64,000 nt of DNA from Lingula anatina (GCA_051362555.1 CM120641.1:1922001-1986000), one strand, 5' to 3'. Positions 25,717-37,465 are shown, numbered from the stretch's first letter. Notes: generated by a model from the sequence alone, not told the origin. Numbers and translations: made by a program.

Positions 25717-26613
25717 TAGACTAGAAATTTAAATAAAATCCTGGCTTGCAGAGGTGAAAAATGTTTTAAAACTCTTAAAACTGGGGTGATATGGTTACTC
25801 AGATATAGTTACTCATGGATGTACGGGTTAATAATCTAGCTGAGATGATCTGAATACGCTGCAGTCTTTTAATCTGGTTTTTTGGACAACCATACAAAAT
25901 GGAATTACAGTAAAAAAAAAGGATGTAACCTCCAATGTTGTGTTTTGACAAGCTCTACAAAATGCAGTAAACAAAGAGTTCTCTATTTTTGTTAGAAATG
26001 AGAATCATGGGGAAAAGTTAAAGGTAAAATCCATATTTTGTGAAATGCAGTTCATGGTGAAAGGTAGGTCAAAGGTAAAATTCAAGGTCACAGGAAGAAC
26101 GTCAAAATATGAATTCCTATTCAAGTTCAGTAGTATCTATGGGCATGTCTGTGCCAGTTTTTGAGATATAAGGGACCGAAAATTTGCAAAGTTCAGTTCA
26201 TGGTGAAAAGTAGGTCAAAGGTCAATTTCAAGGTCACAGATAGATCGCCAGTATATGACTTCCTATTCAAGTTCAACCGTAACTATGGGCGTATCTCAGC
26301 TAATTTCCCAGTAATTTCACATTTTATTTTCACCACTGAATATTGCGATGTTATGCCCTTTTTTATAGTGCAATTCTTAAACTGTATAGAAAACAAAAAA
26401 TTGGTAACCACTTCCAGTGTTACACTTGACAAGCTCTACAAAATGCAAGAAACAAGAGGTCTCTAGCATTAACGGTTTCAGAATTAAAGAGTTTTGGCAT
26501 CTAATGGCTGCTTCTCCTTTATTAAAGCTCTACTTTATTACGTGCAAGATTACCACGTAAAGTCACATGACACCAGGTGGTGCGGTGCACAAACACGTCT
26601 TTTCAAAACATAC

Positions 26614-26654
<41 letters not shown>
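25717..26654. mobile_element. HINE/Helentron-like repeat with internal 146-bp tandem unit, ending in (TA)n
   Basis: Two units containing CAGTTCATGGTGAAA..TAGGTCAAAGGT..ATTCAAGGTCACAG (26048, 26194); repeated TTGACAAGCTCTACAAAATGCA; (TA)n at 26609-26654. Confidence 0.5.
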
Positions 26655-26658
<4 letters not shown>

Positions 26659-26942
26659 ACTGATACTTAAAATCTTAATTAATTACAGTTGTTGAAAACA
26701 GAAATTTTACTCTATCAACAGCATCTTATCCAAATGTTGCTTAACAAGACAATATGTTATGTATCATACGCATTTCATCAGCACAGTAAATGATAATAAG
26801 ATCTATTTTTCTGCAAATTAAACAGCAACTTGGCATATAGGTATATAGAAGATTACAGGCAGAAGAAAACCATGCTACTTATTATCCTTAAACTTACAAA
26901 CAAGTGACTTAAATACAGGTCAGATTGCAATACTAATTGCTA

Positions 26943-27001
26943 CTGGAGGTAGAGTTGAAAAACCAACCTGACAACAAAGAAAAACTTGCTTAGCTTCAAA
27001 A

Positions 27002-27032
<31 letters not shown>

Positions 27033-27073
27033 AAAAGGACCTAATTTAGTTGGTTTTTCAACTCTACCTCCAG
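26943..27073. mobile_element. TA-flanked MITE (Tc1/mariner/Stowaway-like) with internal (TAAA)n
   Basis: Perfect inverted repeat TACTGGAGGTAGAGTTGAAAAACCAAC (26941-26967 / 27049-27075). Confidence 0.75.
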
Positions 27074-27323
27074 TAAGTTTGAGGGTAATCAGTACTACAG
27101 GTAACCATTTATTGCATTCCCAGTGAAGTGCACAATGAGACTTTTTACACGGACACTATGAACAAGCTGTAATTAGACTCTCTGGCTCTTCCCTATAGGC
27201 CAATCTAAAATTATCTTTCCTTACTGGGACTTGACCCGCTTAGAAGTCATACACTAGAAGACCTAAAGAGGAGAAAAGCCACAGAGTCTTAATTTTATAC
27301 TATCTTAAGTGTTTTTCAGTTAA

Positions 27324-27511
27324 TCAGTTGCTGGCCAAATACATAATGCCGAGGCCACTACATACAAGACAAAAAATTATCTTGATGCTGACTATGAGAT
27401 TGGTCCCAATTGATGGAGTTGCAGGACTAGTGGGATTTTGGAGCTTTGGCTTTGGAGTTGAACCAGTAACATCTTGGATTTCTGGTTCCAAAGTTGTCAA
27501 ACCTGGCTGTT
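27324..27511 (-). CDS. Ig-superfamily surface protein, terminal exon: Pro/Thr stalk plus hydrophobic C-terminus
   Basis: Acceptor TTTTTTAG; EQPGLTTLEPEIQDVTGSTPKPKLQNPTSPATPSIGTNLIVSIKIIFCLVCSGLGIMYLASN*; phase-1 entry. Confidence 0.75.
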
Positions 27512-27922
27512 CTAAAAAACAAAATACACCAATACTGAGAAAAAAAGAATCAATTGGCCAATTTGTCATAACAATCTTATACAGGGATCAGAGAAACAAG
27601 TTCATTGAATCAGATTTCATGCAAGATTGAATAAGGTCCTTATTTTCCCTACCAAAAATATATCTAGTAGGAATTATTGCTCCAAACGTGTTTTCTTATA
27701 GATAACTATCTTCAAAAGAATTAAATCCAGTTCATATCTAATAACATATTACACAACACATTAAAGTTTAAACTTCATTATTTGGCAAGATAACAATATC
27801 ATTTTTCATTTCAATTAGTAGTGTTCTAATTTTTACATTTATAACAATACATTTCATCAATACATTTCATCACTATACAGCTATTGGTGACTTTGAAATT
27901 GGATTAAACTGGGCTTCCATAC

Positions 27923-28279
27923 CTGTAACAATGTTCACAATTATGTCCTTATGTACCCCCGTCTTGAACACAGCATGGCCGGTTATAGTCTGAGAATTAT
28001 TAACCATACCCAGGTTGATAGTTGTTCCAGTGTTCTGCATAATTACTTCTTCAGTTATTAAGTCACAGGTGAAATTCTCAGCTGAGGATAGATTTGAGAA
28101 GCAATGCAGCAAATCTTCAGATACATTGTCTTTTTTTAGCGTCAACCTGACCTGCCATACATCCTCGTTCGTAAGTCTTTCTTGACTGAACTTGACCAAA
28201 TTTATTTCAAGTTGTTGCCCATAGGCCGCCAATACTTGTGTATTTAGGCCTTTCACTTGTATGGTTCTCTGTCCCTTAT
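27923..28279 (-). CDS. Ig-superfamily surface protein, exon for second (divergent Ig-like) domain
   Basis: 357-bp phase 1-1 exon (TTTTCAG| ... |GTATGG), beta-strand-like pattern, several N-x-S/T sites. Confidence 0.75.
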
Positions 28280-28353
28280 CTGAAAATAAAATTGATAAAA
28301 AACTGCCGTAAAAACATCATTCTTGTATCCAGTCAAAATAAGTGAATACCTAA

Positions 28354-28528
28354 CTGGGGTAGGGCTAAAACTTGCCAATTTAGCCAATTGCTAAAACGGA
28401 CTTGAATCAGCAAAACAAAATAAGGTTGATTTGACTTGTTTTAGTCAAATTTAAACAATTTGGTAAAAAAAATTATGAAAAAGTATTCATTTGGCTAAAT
28501 GAGAAAAAATTGCTAGTGGACACCTAAG
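28354..28528. mobile_element. MITE family C (hAT-like termini), diverged copy
   Basis: Homologous to 47286-47467. Confidence 0.65.
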
Positions 28529-28565
28529 CTCTTGAAACAATTTTTGAAAAAATGGCTCTACTCAC

Positions 28566-28892
28566 CATAGACTTCTACATTGCACCGACTATTCCACTCT
28601 ACATGCTTTGCATCTGTAACACGGCATGTGTAAACTCCTCCATGAGACTTAGATGCTTTTCCTATTAACAGGTCTCCACTTGGTGGGACCAGTTTGTCTT
28701 GCTCTTTGTTCAATGGTGCATGGACTTCAGGCTCACCTCCTGGATTCCATTCGGCAATTTGAGTGGGCTGTGAAGAGTGATCTAGATCCCAGATAACAGA
28801 TGCTACGTTGCCGGAAAAGCTTCTGGGTGACCTCAAAAGAATACTTCCTCCCTCCACAGCTATAATGTCTGGAGGACGTCCGGATACAGTAC
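28566..28892 (-). CDS. Ig-superfamily surface protein, V-set-like Ig domain exon
   Basis: 327-bp phase 1-1 exon with AVEGGSILL, C-strand VIW, GDLLIG, HGGVYTCRV and NVEVY; CAG| ... |GTGAG. Confidence 0.88.
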
Positions 28893-29017
28893 CTGCAATG
28901 AAGTTTTGAAGTGGATACATTTTACAAAGTTTTTTGTCTATTTCAATCAAAACCATTATGAAGTTCACTGTTGTCAACTACCAAGTACATAAATGTTAGT
29001 CTGTAACATACAGTACA

Positions 29018-29250
29018 GGACCATTCCCACAGATATTTGGATCGGTCTATCTTTTTGGGGAGTCTCACTAAATTGCTATCAAACTTACCAGCTTAAATGT
29101 CTGCCACGCCTAGTAAAGCTGTTAGGGTGTAATTATCTTTACCCCTAGCTGATTCAGTAGGCGTGACAGACATTAAAGCCTCTTAAGCTGATAGCAATTT
29201 AGTGTGAACCCCCAGATGGATCGATCTCTGTAGGCATGGGAAACCAGTCT
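29018..29250. mobile_element. MITE family B (palindromic, ATTCCCA...TGGGAA ends)
   Basis: Homologous to 35967-36224 and 48494-48710; internal CTCACTAAATTGCT / AGCAATTTAG inverted pair. Confidence 0.7.
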
Positions 29251-29284
29251 TAGCCTTTTTTCACTTTTAGGAAAACTGGTCCAA

Positions 29285-29467
29285 GGCCCCATTCAGATTG
29301 GGGACTAACTAGTCCGAGGTTCAAATATGGCCGACTCACTTGAATACTTCCTCACCGGATATCTATTCAGTGTCTATCACCAGTATTAGCGGATTAGACG
29401 GCAAGCTTTGTAGTGGGTCGCCATATCTGATACTCGGACTTGTTAGTCCCCCATTCTGAGTGGAACC
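29285..29467. mobile_element. MITE family A copy, reverse orientation relative to 4530
   Basis: Same TIR; internal sequence is the reverse complement. Confidence 0.8.
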
Positions 29468-29789
29468 CAATATTCCTAATTATTCACCTGTTTATATTCC
29501 CTTAGCCATAGTTTCCATTTTTTTAGTCTTTCAATCATGGTCAATTTTTGACAAATATTCCTTTAAGCAAAACTCCTAGCTGTCCAATATACATCAGATA
29601 CTGATCAAACTCAGTTCCTTAATGAACATATGGTAATTTTGAAAATAATTGCAAGATATGTTACAATCAAGACCAGTCTTGATCATCTGAGGGTTCACTA
29701 GCCTGAATATATATGTGCTGACAATGAATGCACTCCTTACACATTTGTAGACTTGGGAACATGACACCTACGGAACAAACTATCATGAA

Positions 29790-31102
29790 CAGTGTTTCCC
29801 CTGGCTTTCAAGCTCTGCGAGGTGGTAGGCAGTCCGCGATCCCAGCAATACTAGGGGGGTCCGGGGGCATGCCCCCCCCGGAAAATTTTTTAAATCGAGG
29901 TGCAATTTGGTGCATTTTAGGGTATTTAGAACTGATTTTTTTACATTTTATGTGGCACTGAATTGTCTTGTTTTAGATGTTTTGAGGAGTAAATTCAGTA
30001 ATGACATAACAAAGGTTTGGACAAAATTTATTTTCCAGTCTGTGCATTCACTATGTTTAGTCCTTTTCAGTTTATAGAACATACTCTTTCAAAAAAAAAA
30101 AAAAGTTAATACTTTCAAAAAAAAAAAAGTTAACTAATTTAATACTTACAAGAAACGAGAAAAAGGGCTTACTACATTGAATTATTTTTAAATTGACCAA
30201 AAAGTTAATAAAATATGTTGTTTTTACCGTTTTCACATTCTTGCGAAAGTAACTGGTCAATTGACTTTGCGTGTGGGAGCGCTTCATCCTAATATAAAAC
30301 TGCCGCAAAAGTTCTCTCTCTTGTCGTTCAGCGCAAAGCGACTCCCGCTACTAGTTATACGTAGTTTGAGATGTAATTTATAATCAACTTCAAACACCGT
30401 TAAATGAATTCTTCGGAATTAAAGAGATGAAAATCACACTTATCATCAATTTTAGTTCTTCGTTTATTCATTTATATGGTTCTATTCAGTCATGGAAATT
30501 CATATACAATGCATAGGTTTCCACGCGAAATACTGACGTGACCCAGTTTTACAACGCTACTGCTTTCACAAAACTCACCCGTAAATCAATAGAAAATCTT
30601 CTCCAAGTTTATAAAATCAACGAAGTCCATTTTATTTGCTCCTTTTTTATCAGTGAATATTCGTAAACTATAAAAACAAACAACAGGCGGTCTGAATTTC
30701 GGAACATGAAGTGATAGAGAAAGTGTATTCTTGACACGTGATTAAATGGTGTCAAGAACAGTTGCCTCGTTTCGTTCTGTTTCTTATACTTCAAATAAGG
30801 CACAGAACTGCGAAAACGAGGCACTCACAGGGAGATAGTAACTGCTGGTTATTTTTAGGCATACGCGCATGCGTCTTTCCGTTACTACTAAATCAAGTGC
30901 TCAGAAGCATGGGATTACGTATGTAAACAGAAAATGCCATATTTGCTTAGAAATAAATATAATTTTCAGTTAGCATGAGTGAAAATATACTTTGTTGTTC
31001 CATATAGTCCAGCGAGGCGGTGCTTTTGACAAATTTCAGCGAGGCGCTTGCAAATATCATCGAGGCGGGCGCCTCGCTCATTTAAGTGCAGGGGAAACAT
31101 TG
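29790..31102. mobile_element. Non-autonomous hAT-like DNA transposon (about 1.3 kb) in intron of the Ig gene
   Basis: TIRs CAGTGTTTCCCCTG / CAGGGGAAACATTG, subterminal GGGGGGTCCGGGGGCATGCCCCCCCCGGAAAATTTT and CGAGGCG repeats. No clear TSD. Confidence 0.65.
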
Positions 31103-32573
31103 AATACATTAAGGAGAGCATTACCTGTGCAAATGTACACGCCTTACCTGTACAAATTACTGTACAAATGAACGGGAAGCGGACTCTCTATAATGGGAGA
31201 CTTGAGATCTCTGCTATATGTTACACCAGCGTTCAATAATTAGAAAGTAATGGTAAAGGCTTATCTTTCAAAGCAGGTGCAGTCAAAATTTAAACCAGGG
31301 CCAGTCCAAGAGAGGGCAGGGGTAACCCTAGAGAAGGGTTGGGATATTGTCATTATTCTCGTCAGAACGGCTAACCATTTTCACGGTATGTATGTACAGA
31401 CAGATAACCATTCACTTCTTATAAAGCCACTGGAAGTACTATTATAGATTGATGTCAGTCCATAGTCTTGAACCACCCTCAGCTGTCACCTTGATTGGTT
31501 AGAAAAGGATTGTCCTAAAATCACTACATGATTTGAAAACAGGCGCACAAAATCAATAACCACATAAAATGATCTTACAGTACCATACTAGTCTACTATA
31601 AAGCAAAACAGATGTTGTTAAATCCCCTTAGGGTCCCATAGAGTTGAATAATAGTAGTCCAAAAGGTTTGACTGGAAAATACACATGCTATTCCATTTTT
31701 GAAAATGAGCATGCTATTCCATTTTTGTAAGTGTAAAATATTGGGAGTGTTATGTACTCCAAATATTTTACACTGCAATTACTTTTGGGTCCATTAACTA
31801 CAAATTCCTTGCCAATTCATGTGCCAAAATTTGAACATTTAGACTGGAATTAAGTCTTCATTGCTATCAATGTGGTGAGTTTACCAGCCAATAGGAACAG
31901 TCAAATTGATTTAGTTATAGCTACTCTCTTGTGACTTTGGTCGTTACTATGGTAGGGATAGTGAGTTCTGACAGTCTGGCACACACTACCAAGCCAAGCC
32001 CCTCAAATATGCCATCAAATTAGTCTTATTACTGACATTATAGGCCTTCCCATTGGTTATAATACAATACAATAAATTTTATTTCATGTCGGTTATAAAT
32101 TGAATGGAAACATTAGCTTTACAGCTATTCTCCGACTGTGTAAGGACAAAAACATATCTACAATAATGCAATATTACACAAGTAAAGAAGATAAAAATTG
32201 TTCCCAAAGGACAAAGAGCTACAGTATGCTTTTTACTTACAGCTTACAAATATTGGCACATTTAGTGTGGTTAAGGACCATTAATATTTATAAATTAACA
32301 CTTCTTTTAGCAAAACCTAGAAACAGAAATTACACTTGTGAAGATGGAATTGGTTTGAAATGATCCCAAGGGACACCTTATAAGTTATAGGGTGAACTTG
32401 CTAGACAAGGATACCCACACGTGAATTAAAAATTCAAAATATAATAGAAACAGCTGTCAAACCACACTCAAACTCACTTCACTGACACTTAACATCCTAG
32501 GCTACATCGTTCCATTCATCATTTCTAAATCCCATGTCACACATCAGTAGAAATTCACGATAAACACTTTCCA

Positions 32574-32576
<3 letters not shown>

Positions 32577-32623
<47 letters not shown>
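32577..32623. repeat. Poly-C tract (47 nt)
   Basis: Seen directly. Confidence 0.9.
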
Positions 32624-32624
<1 letters not shown>

Positions 32625-32886
32625 TCGTTTCGAGAACAGGGAAATTACTAGCTTTTCATGTAGACCTACTAGTAGCATCAAAATGGCTTTATGAAATGGA
32701 GCAGTGTCATATTATGTTTCGGGTAATATTAAACAATTCATTTTGGTAATTCTCTCAGTTATACTATTTTAACTTATATGCTAGCATTTGGTTGGCATTT
32801 GTGGCAAAACAAATTGGCTTCATACGTATACTGAACGACGCCATTTTCCAGAAGTCTAAACCTTTACCTGCCTTTGGTGTACTTAC

Positions 32887-32941
32887 CACTCGTGCTGCTT
32901 GTCCCAATAAGCATAATGATACACAGAGCTTGTTCCCACAT
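32887..32941 (-). CDS. Ig-superfamily surface protein, signal-peptide exon
   Basis: AAAATG start; MWEQALCIIMLIGTSSTS(G)|GTAAGT, phase 1, joins the V exon in frame. Probable 5'UTR intron at about 33102-32971 (CAG|GTGAGT ... TTCCAG|). Confidence 0.7.
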
Positions 32942-35176
32942 TTTGATTGTGTGATTTACTTGGAATGAACCTGGAATGTAATCTTTAAAAGAAACACAAA
33001 CAAGTAAGGGCTCCAGCTTGACTCCCTCAGTCAAAGCATTGCACGATGACCTCGTTTTCACTTGACATGCGACCACGTGAGGTGAATAACTCAGTGACTC
33101 ACCTGTACAGAGTTTACGCACCTGGATAACTGAACCTGATTCAGTTTCACTACAAATATATGTATCAAGCGATGCTTGTGGACGGGATGTGCGTCTAAAC
33201 CAAATGTATTTCTGTATTTTCACATATGTTTTTGTATTATCTAACTTCAAATTAACAATGAAATACTCATTAAATAATATATAAATCATTTTCTTTCAGT
33301 GTTCGGACGCGGACGGACTTGGACAAAATGAGTCATGAAAAGCGTCTGTGCAACGCTGTCGCGGATCCACGGTATCAAGAAAGGGAGCCTCCCCACCCAT
33401 TTCCATTTTCCCAAGTGTTACACGATGGCGTAGTGTATTTTTTCCATGAATATAGACTTAATTGTTTGCTTTCTAGAAATTATATATTAACAGTTTTCAC
33501 TTACTGAATTCTGGAAAATCAATGTGAAAATTGGGGAAAACTGCAAAGAAATAATTAAGATAATTTGGGGCGCACCGCTGGTTAAAACAAAACCTTAAGT
33601 CTTAAGAATGACTTTTCCTGGTATAATTTACACACTTACCATTTGACAGCACCATTTAGCATACCGACATCCATGCTAAAATATAAGTTCAAAGTCACAC
33701 CTTGAAAATGCTAAAATGAAAACGAAATAACTGTACTGAAATGAGTTCATTTTCAACACCTTTTTTTTACATAAAATAATCAATTTATTTTCATAATTAA
33801 TAATTTAATTGATTTTTTCACAACTGTGGCAACAGTTTTTATTCTTGGATTACTTATATCCAATTTCGTAACAGCCAGAGAGAGTTCCTGGGCCTGCTTT
33901 CATGCCACCTTTTGCAATTTTTAGAAATTTTTGGCCTGTTTCACCTTGAAATAAAGGTCAAATCCAACGACATATTTGAAATCTCCACATCTGACTTTTG
34001 GTCAGCCATCTATAGAAAATATTTCCATAATTACTTTGGTTTTGTAGATTTTTAGCATTTCATTTTGCTAATTTTGGACAGGGGTGCATTGTAACGAGTG
34101 CAACACCTAGACCCAAGTACCCACAAAGCCCAAAATTCACATGGATCGAGTTGAGATTATATGTGACCTATATGCAAGGGATGGATACAGGGGCTCTTGA
34201 AGTTTAGGAGGATGAGTGGTATCAGTGACATGGCAACGGAGCCGGTGGATCCAATAGAGAAGGGACTAAAACCATGCGTACTGCCTGGGACACGCTGGTG
34301 GTACAATAAAATAAAGAGAATCTAAGCTGTAGATCTAAAATTTCTAGAACTGATACGCATATCTTTCTTTATTTTGTTTACATGGATGATGTAAATTTTA
34401 TTGATTTATAATTAAAAGCATATTTATAAGAGGATGACAAAGCTTAACAAACAATTTATTTCAACAAGATTCTGAGTTTCATAACATTTAATACTTGTAT
34501 GTCAACATAATCAATTAGACTTTAATAAAAGTACAAATATAACCATACTTGATTATAACAAAAGAATATACTGAAAGCATTCTACAGGCCTAAAATTGCA
34601 CCAGAATTTAGGAAGCACTTTTTAAAATTACGCAATAATTAAAAAATAAATTCACGAAATAATCTGCATATATCATTTGTTCATTAAATTGCACATTCTT
34701 TAAAATCATTCACCTAATGCACTGTCAGTTTTGCTTGAAACTGTTATACAACTGAAAAGAATATCTAAACTAAGACAAAATAGCACTATCTGGTAATTTA
34801 ACAGTAAAAGCTTGTTCGAAAATATCCCAAGTATAGCACAAACATTAAACATTTCTTTTTAAAACTTTTAACTGATACAGCTTTGGTGTATTGGAGACTA
34901 TTGTCAGCATGACCCAGTTTTAAAATGAGGCGCAAACATGTCATTTCTGTGTTATCGGGTATAGCTTACCCCAAAACATATGAACACAATGAAATAACAA
35001 CTTTTAATAATAGAAAAAGACTGCCAGTATAATCATTACTGGTGATTTCCGTTTCCTGGATAACAATATCTAGTATAAAAATAGCATAGAGAATGCATGG
35101 CACAAATAAGCCAGCTAATGTATGAACTTGACATCATGTAATGAAAAAAAAAAATATTACACAGAATTGGCACCAA

Positions 35177-35650
35177 TTACATAGTATAAAATGGATCCTT
35201 GACAATCTTTTCTGGGTGCCCAGTAATAAAATGCCAAGTGTTCATCATCTGGTCAGAGAAATTCAGTCCACAGATGTGTCCAGGGTTTTTGGGCCTAAAA
35301 ACATACGTGTACCCCTTACTGACTAGTCTTAAGCTGTTCACAAGGTTATACACCATCCATGCCCCCAGTAACAGGTTCAGGACCATGGCTGAAAACAACC
35401 AGGGGTGACCAACACATGCCACAGTGACCAGTCCCCACTGTCCACTAACTTCAGGATGGATGACCGCCAGGTACACAAAGGCCTCTAATACGAAGGCAAA
35501 GTTACACAGCCCCATGTAGATCAGGAAGGATACAAAAAGAAGGTGGTTGTTGTGGCCCACACATTTCATGGTAAACAGGCAGTGGTGGTCCATCTTGTGG
35601 CAGCATCTTTCACACAGCTTACAGTGCTTGGTGGGTTTGGATGGAATCAA
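35177..35650 (-). CDS. Ankyrin-DHHC palmitoyltransferase (ZDHHC13/17/Akr1-type, 756 aa), exon 8: DHHC domain and last TM helices
   Basis: LIPSKPTKHCKLCERCCHKMDHHCLFTMKCVGHNNH followed by two hydrophobic helices; acceptor TTTCAG, phase 0. Confidence 0.95.
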   Translation of the reverse strand: MIPSKPTKHCKLCERCCHKMDHHCLFTMKCVGHNNHLLFVSFLIYMGLCNFAFVLEAFVYLAVIHPEVSGQWGLVTVACVGHPWLFSAMVLNLLLGAWMVYNLVNSLRLVSKGYTYVFRPKNPGHICGLNFSDQMMNTWHFITGHPEKIVKDPFYTM

Positions 35651-35966
35651 CTGAAATATAGGGACATTGTCTTAGGTGTGATGGTAGTACTCTTGTGGGA
35701 AACAACTAAAATATAGATACATTGTACTCTACTGGGGAACAACTGAAATATAGGCACATTGCTTTAGGTGTGACAGTAGTACAATAATAAATACAACTTT
35801 ACACAGTCTTAATATGCAACTATTTTGAAAATGAATCCCCATTCTTGAATACAGGTTTACACTAAATTTCTCTCAATGTTTAAGGACAGATATGTTTGAC
35901 TGATGTGGATACTTGTAACAAATTTACATGATACAGTACAGATGACATGTATTCCGTAAATTAATA

Positions 35967-36224
35967 AGACTGGGTTCCCATACCTAGATTGATCTAACAA
36001 AATTGGTCCACCTCCAAGGGGTTTCTCACTAAATTGCTTTCAGCTTAAGCGGCTAAGATGTCTGGCAAGCCTGCTAAAGCTGCTAAACTATAATTTATTA
36101 CCCCCTTTCAGCTTCAGTAGGCGTGACAGACATTTAAGCCACTTAAGTTGATTACAATTTAGCAAAAATCCCTCAGGAGATAATTCAACACAAAGTTAGT
36201 ACAATAGGGTATGGGAATGGTCTC
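35967..36224. mobile_element. MITE family B copy (intronic)
   Basis: Homologous to 29018-29250. Confidence 0.65.
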
Positions 36225-36258
36225 TAAGTTTCAGTACATTCTCCTCTCTGTACATTAC

Positions 36259-36365
36259 CTCACATATGTGGCACCAGGCAGAGACAGGGAACGGTCCCTC
36301 CACCAGGTCTTGTAATGTGTAACACGTGTTACCTTCAGGTTTCATTTTTGAAACCATCACAAATC
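36259..36365 (-). CDS. Ankyrin-DHHC palmitoyltransferase, exon 7
   Basis: (G)FVMVSKMKPEGNTCYTLQDLVEGPFPVSAWCHICE; supplies the first CxxC of the cysteine-rich domain; phase 1-0. Confidence 0.9.
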
Positions 36366-36570
36366 CTGGAAAAAAAAAACATGAATAGGTTATTTACAAA
36401 AGCTGATCTTGTCAGAGTAATGGTTAACCTTTCCATTGTGTGTCAGCCACTAAATTCAGTACTACAATACTTCTGATGAAAGTATCTAAGATCATATCAA
36501 CTCGTATTCTGTCCCATGACAATCAACATCGGACCTATCTTTATCTCATGATGTGATAACTAATGATTAC

Positions 36571-36752
36571 CTGGATCCACCAGCAGTATTCTTCCGTGTA
36601 TGTACACCAGTCCCATCACCATCACCGCTGACACCACCACCAGGATCCTATCTCCTGCAGTCCACAGTGTGGGCAGCACCACTGTACAGAACAGCAGCAG
36701 GGACTCCAGGACACCCAGGATTAGAGTGGATGCCTGGAGGTGATTTGGCATT
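36571..36752 (-). CDS. Ankyrin-DHHC palmitoyltransferase, exon 6 (TM helices, DPG motif)
   Basis: MPNHLQASTLILGV...ILLVDP(G); phase 2-1. Confidence 0.9.
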
Positions 36753-37213
36753 CTGGAATGAAAACAGACTTCATGATGACAACTGAATTTGCAGAAATGA
36801 GCAATTAAACTGAATTTTAATGTCTTAAACAATATCATTACAAAAGATGTTTGTATTCTTTCTCAAAGTTATTTCTTTATTGGAATGACAGGTGTGCAGC
36901 AGAATGAAACTTAATAATTAACAGGTATGTTTAAACGAGTAATATTACTAAATCATCACTGTTTAAGAAACCGCTGTTTGAAGTAAAAAAAAAAAAAAAA
37001 AAAAACTACCATAATATGAGATAATTGCACTATCAAACAAGAAAACAATTTCAGCGAAATATTGGAAACACATTTTGCTCATCTGATTCAACAAAGCATT
37101 TAATAATACAATTCCATCCATAAAAAGAATTATTCAAGAACCCAATTACACAATTTCCCTACACATGAACATTTTTAAAAACTGTCCAAACACACCATAT
37201 CCAGGTGACTTAC

Positions 37214-37465
37214 TTGCTGATATGACTCAACCTATGAGAAGTCTTTCCCAGCACCCTGTAGCCTAGATTCAGAGTGACCACAAGCATCATGAGGCCAGCC
37301 AGCCAGTCTGATAGCACAGGGACCAACCACAGCAGCAGGAGGACAGTGTGGTGGATGAGAAATGGCCATGTTGCATTCCACAGATAGATAGACCAGGGGA
37401 GACTGGGTCTCATGTTCAACTTGTATTTGGCTAGAGATACCAGGACGGGGGCGAGCTCCTTGTGT
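37214..37465 (-). CDS. Ankyrin-DHHC palmitoyltransferase, exon 5 (TM helices)
   Basis: HKELAPVLVSLAK...LLLLWLVPVL...SHRLSHIS; phase 2-2. Confidence 0.88.

Noticed and set aside
26161-26466. 101-aa ORF
   Set aside because: Lies within the tandem unit of a non-coding repeat.
31125-31190. Extra mini-exon for the Ig gene (two CAG|GTAA donors)
   Set aside because: The 40-nt version shifts the frame and the 63-nt version contains a stop; the leader already joins the V exon in frame.
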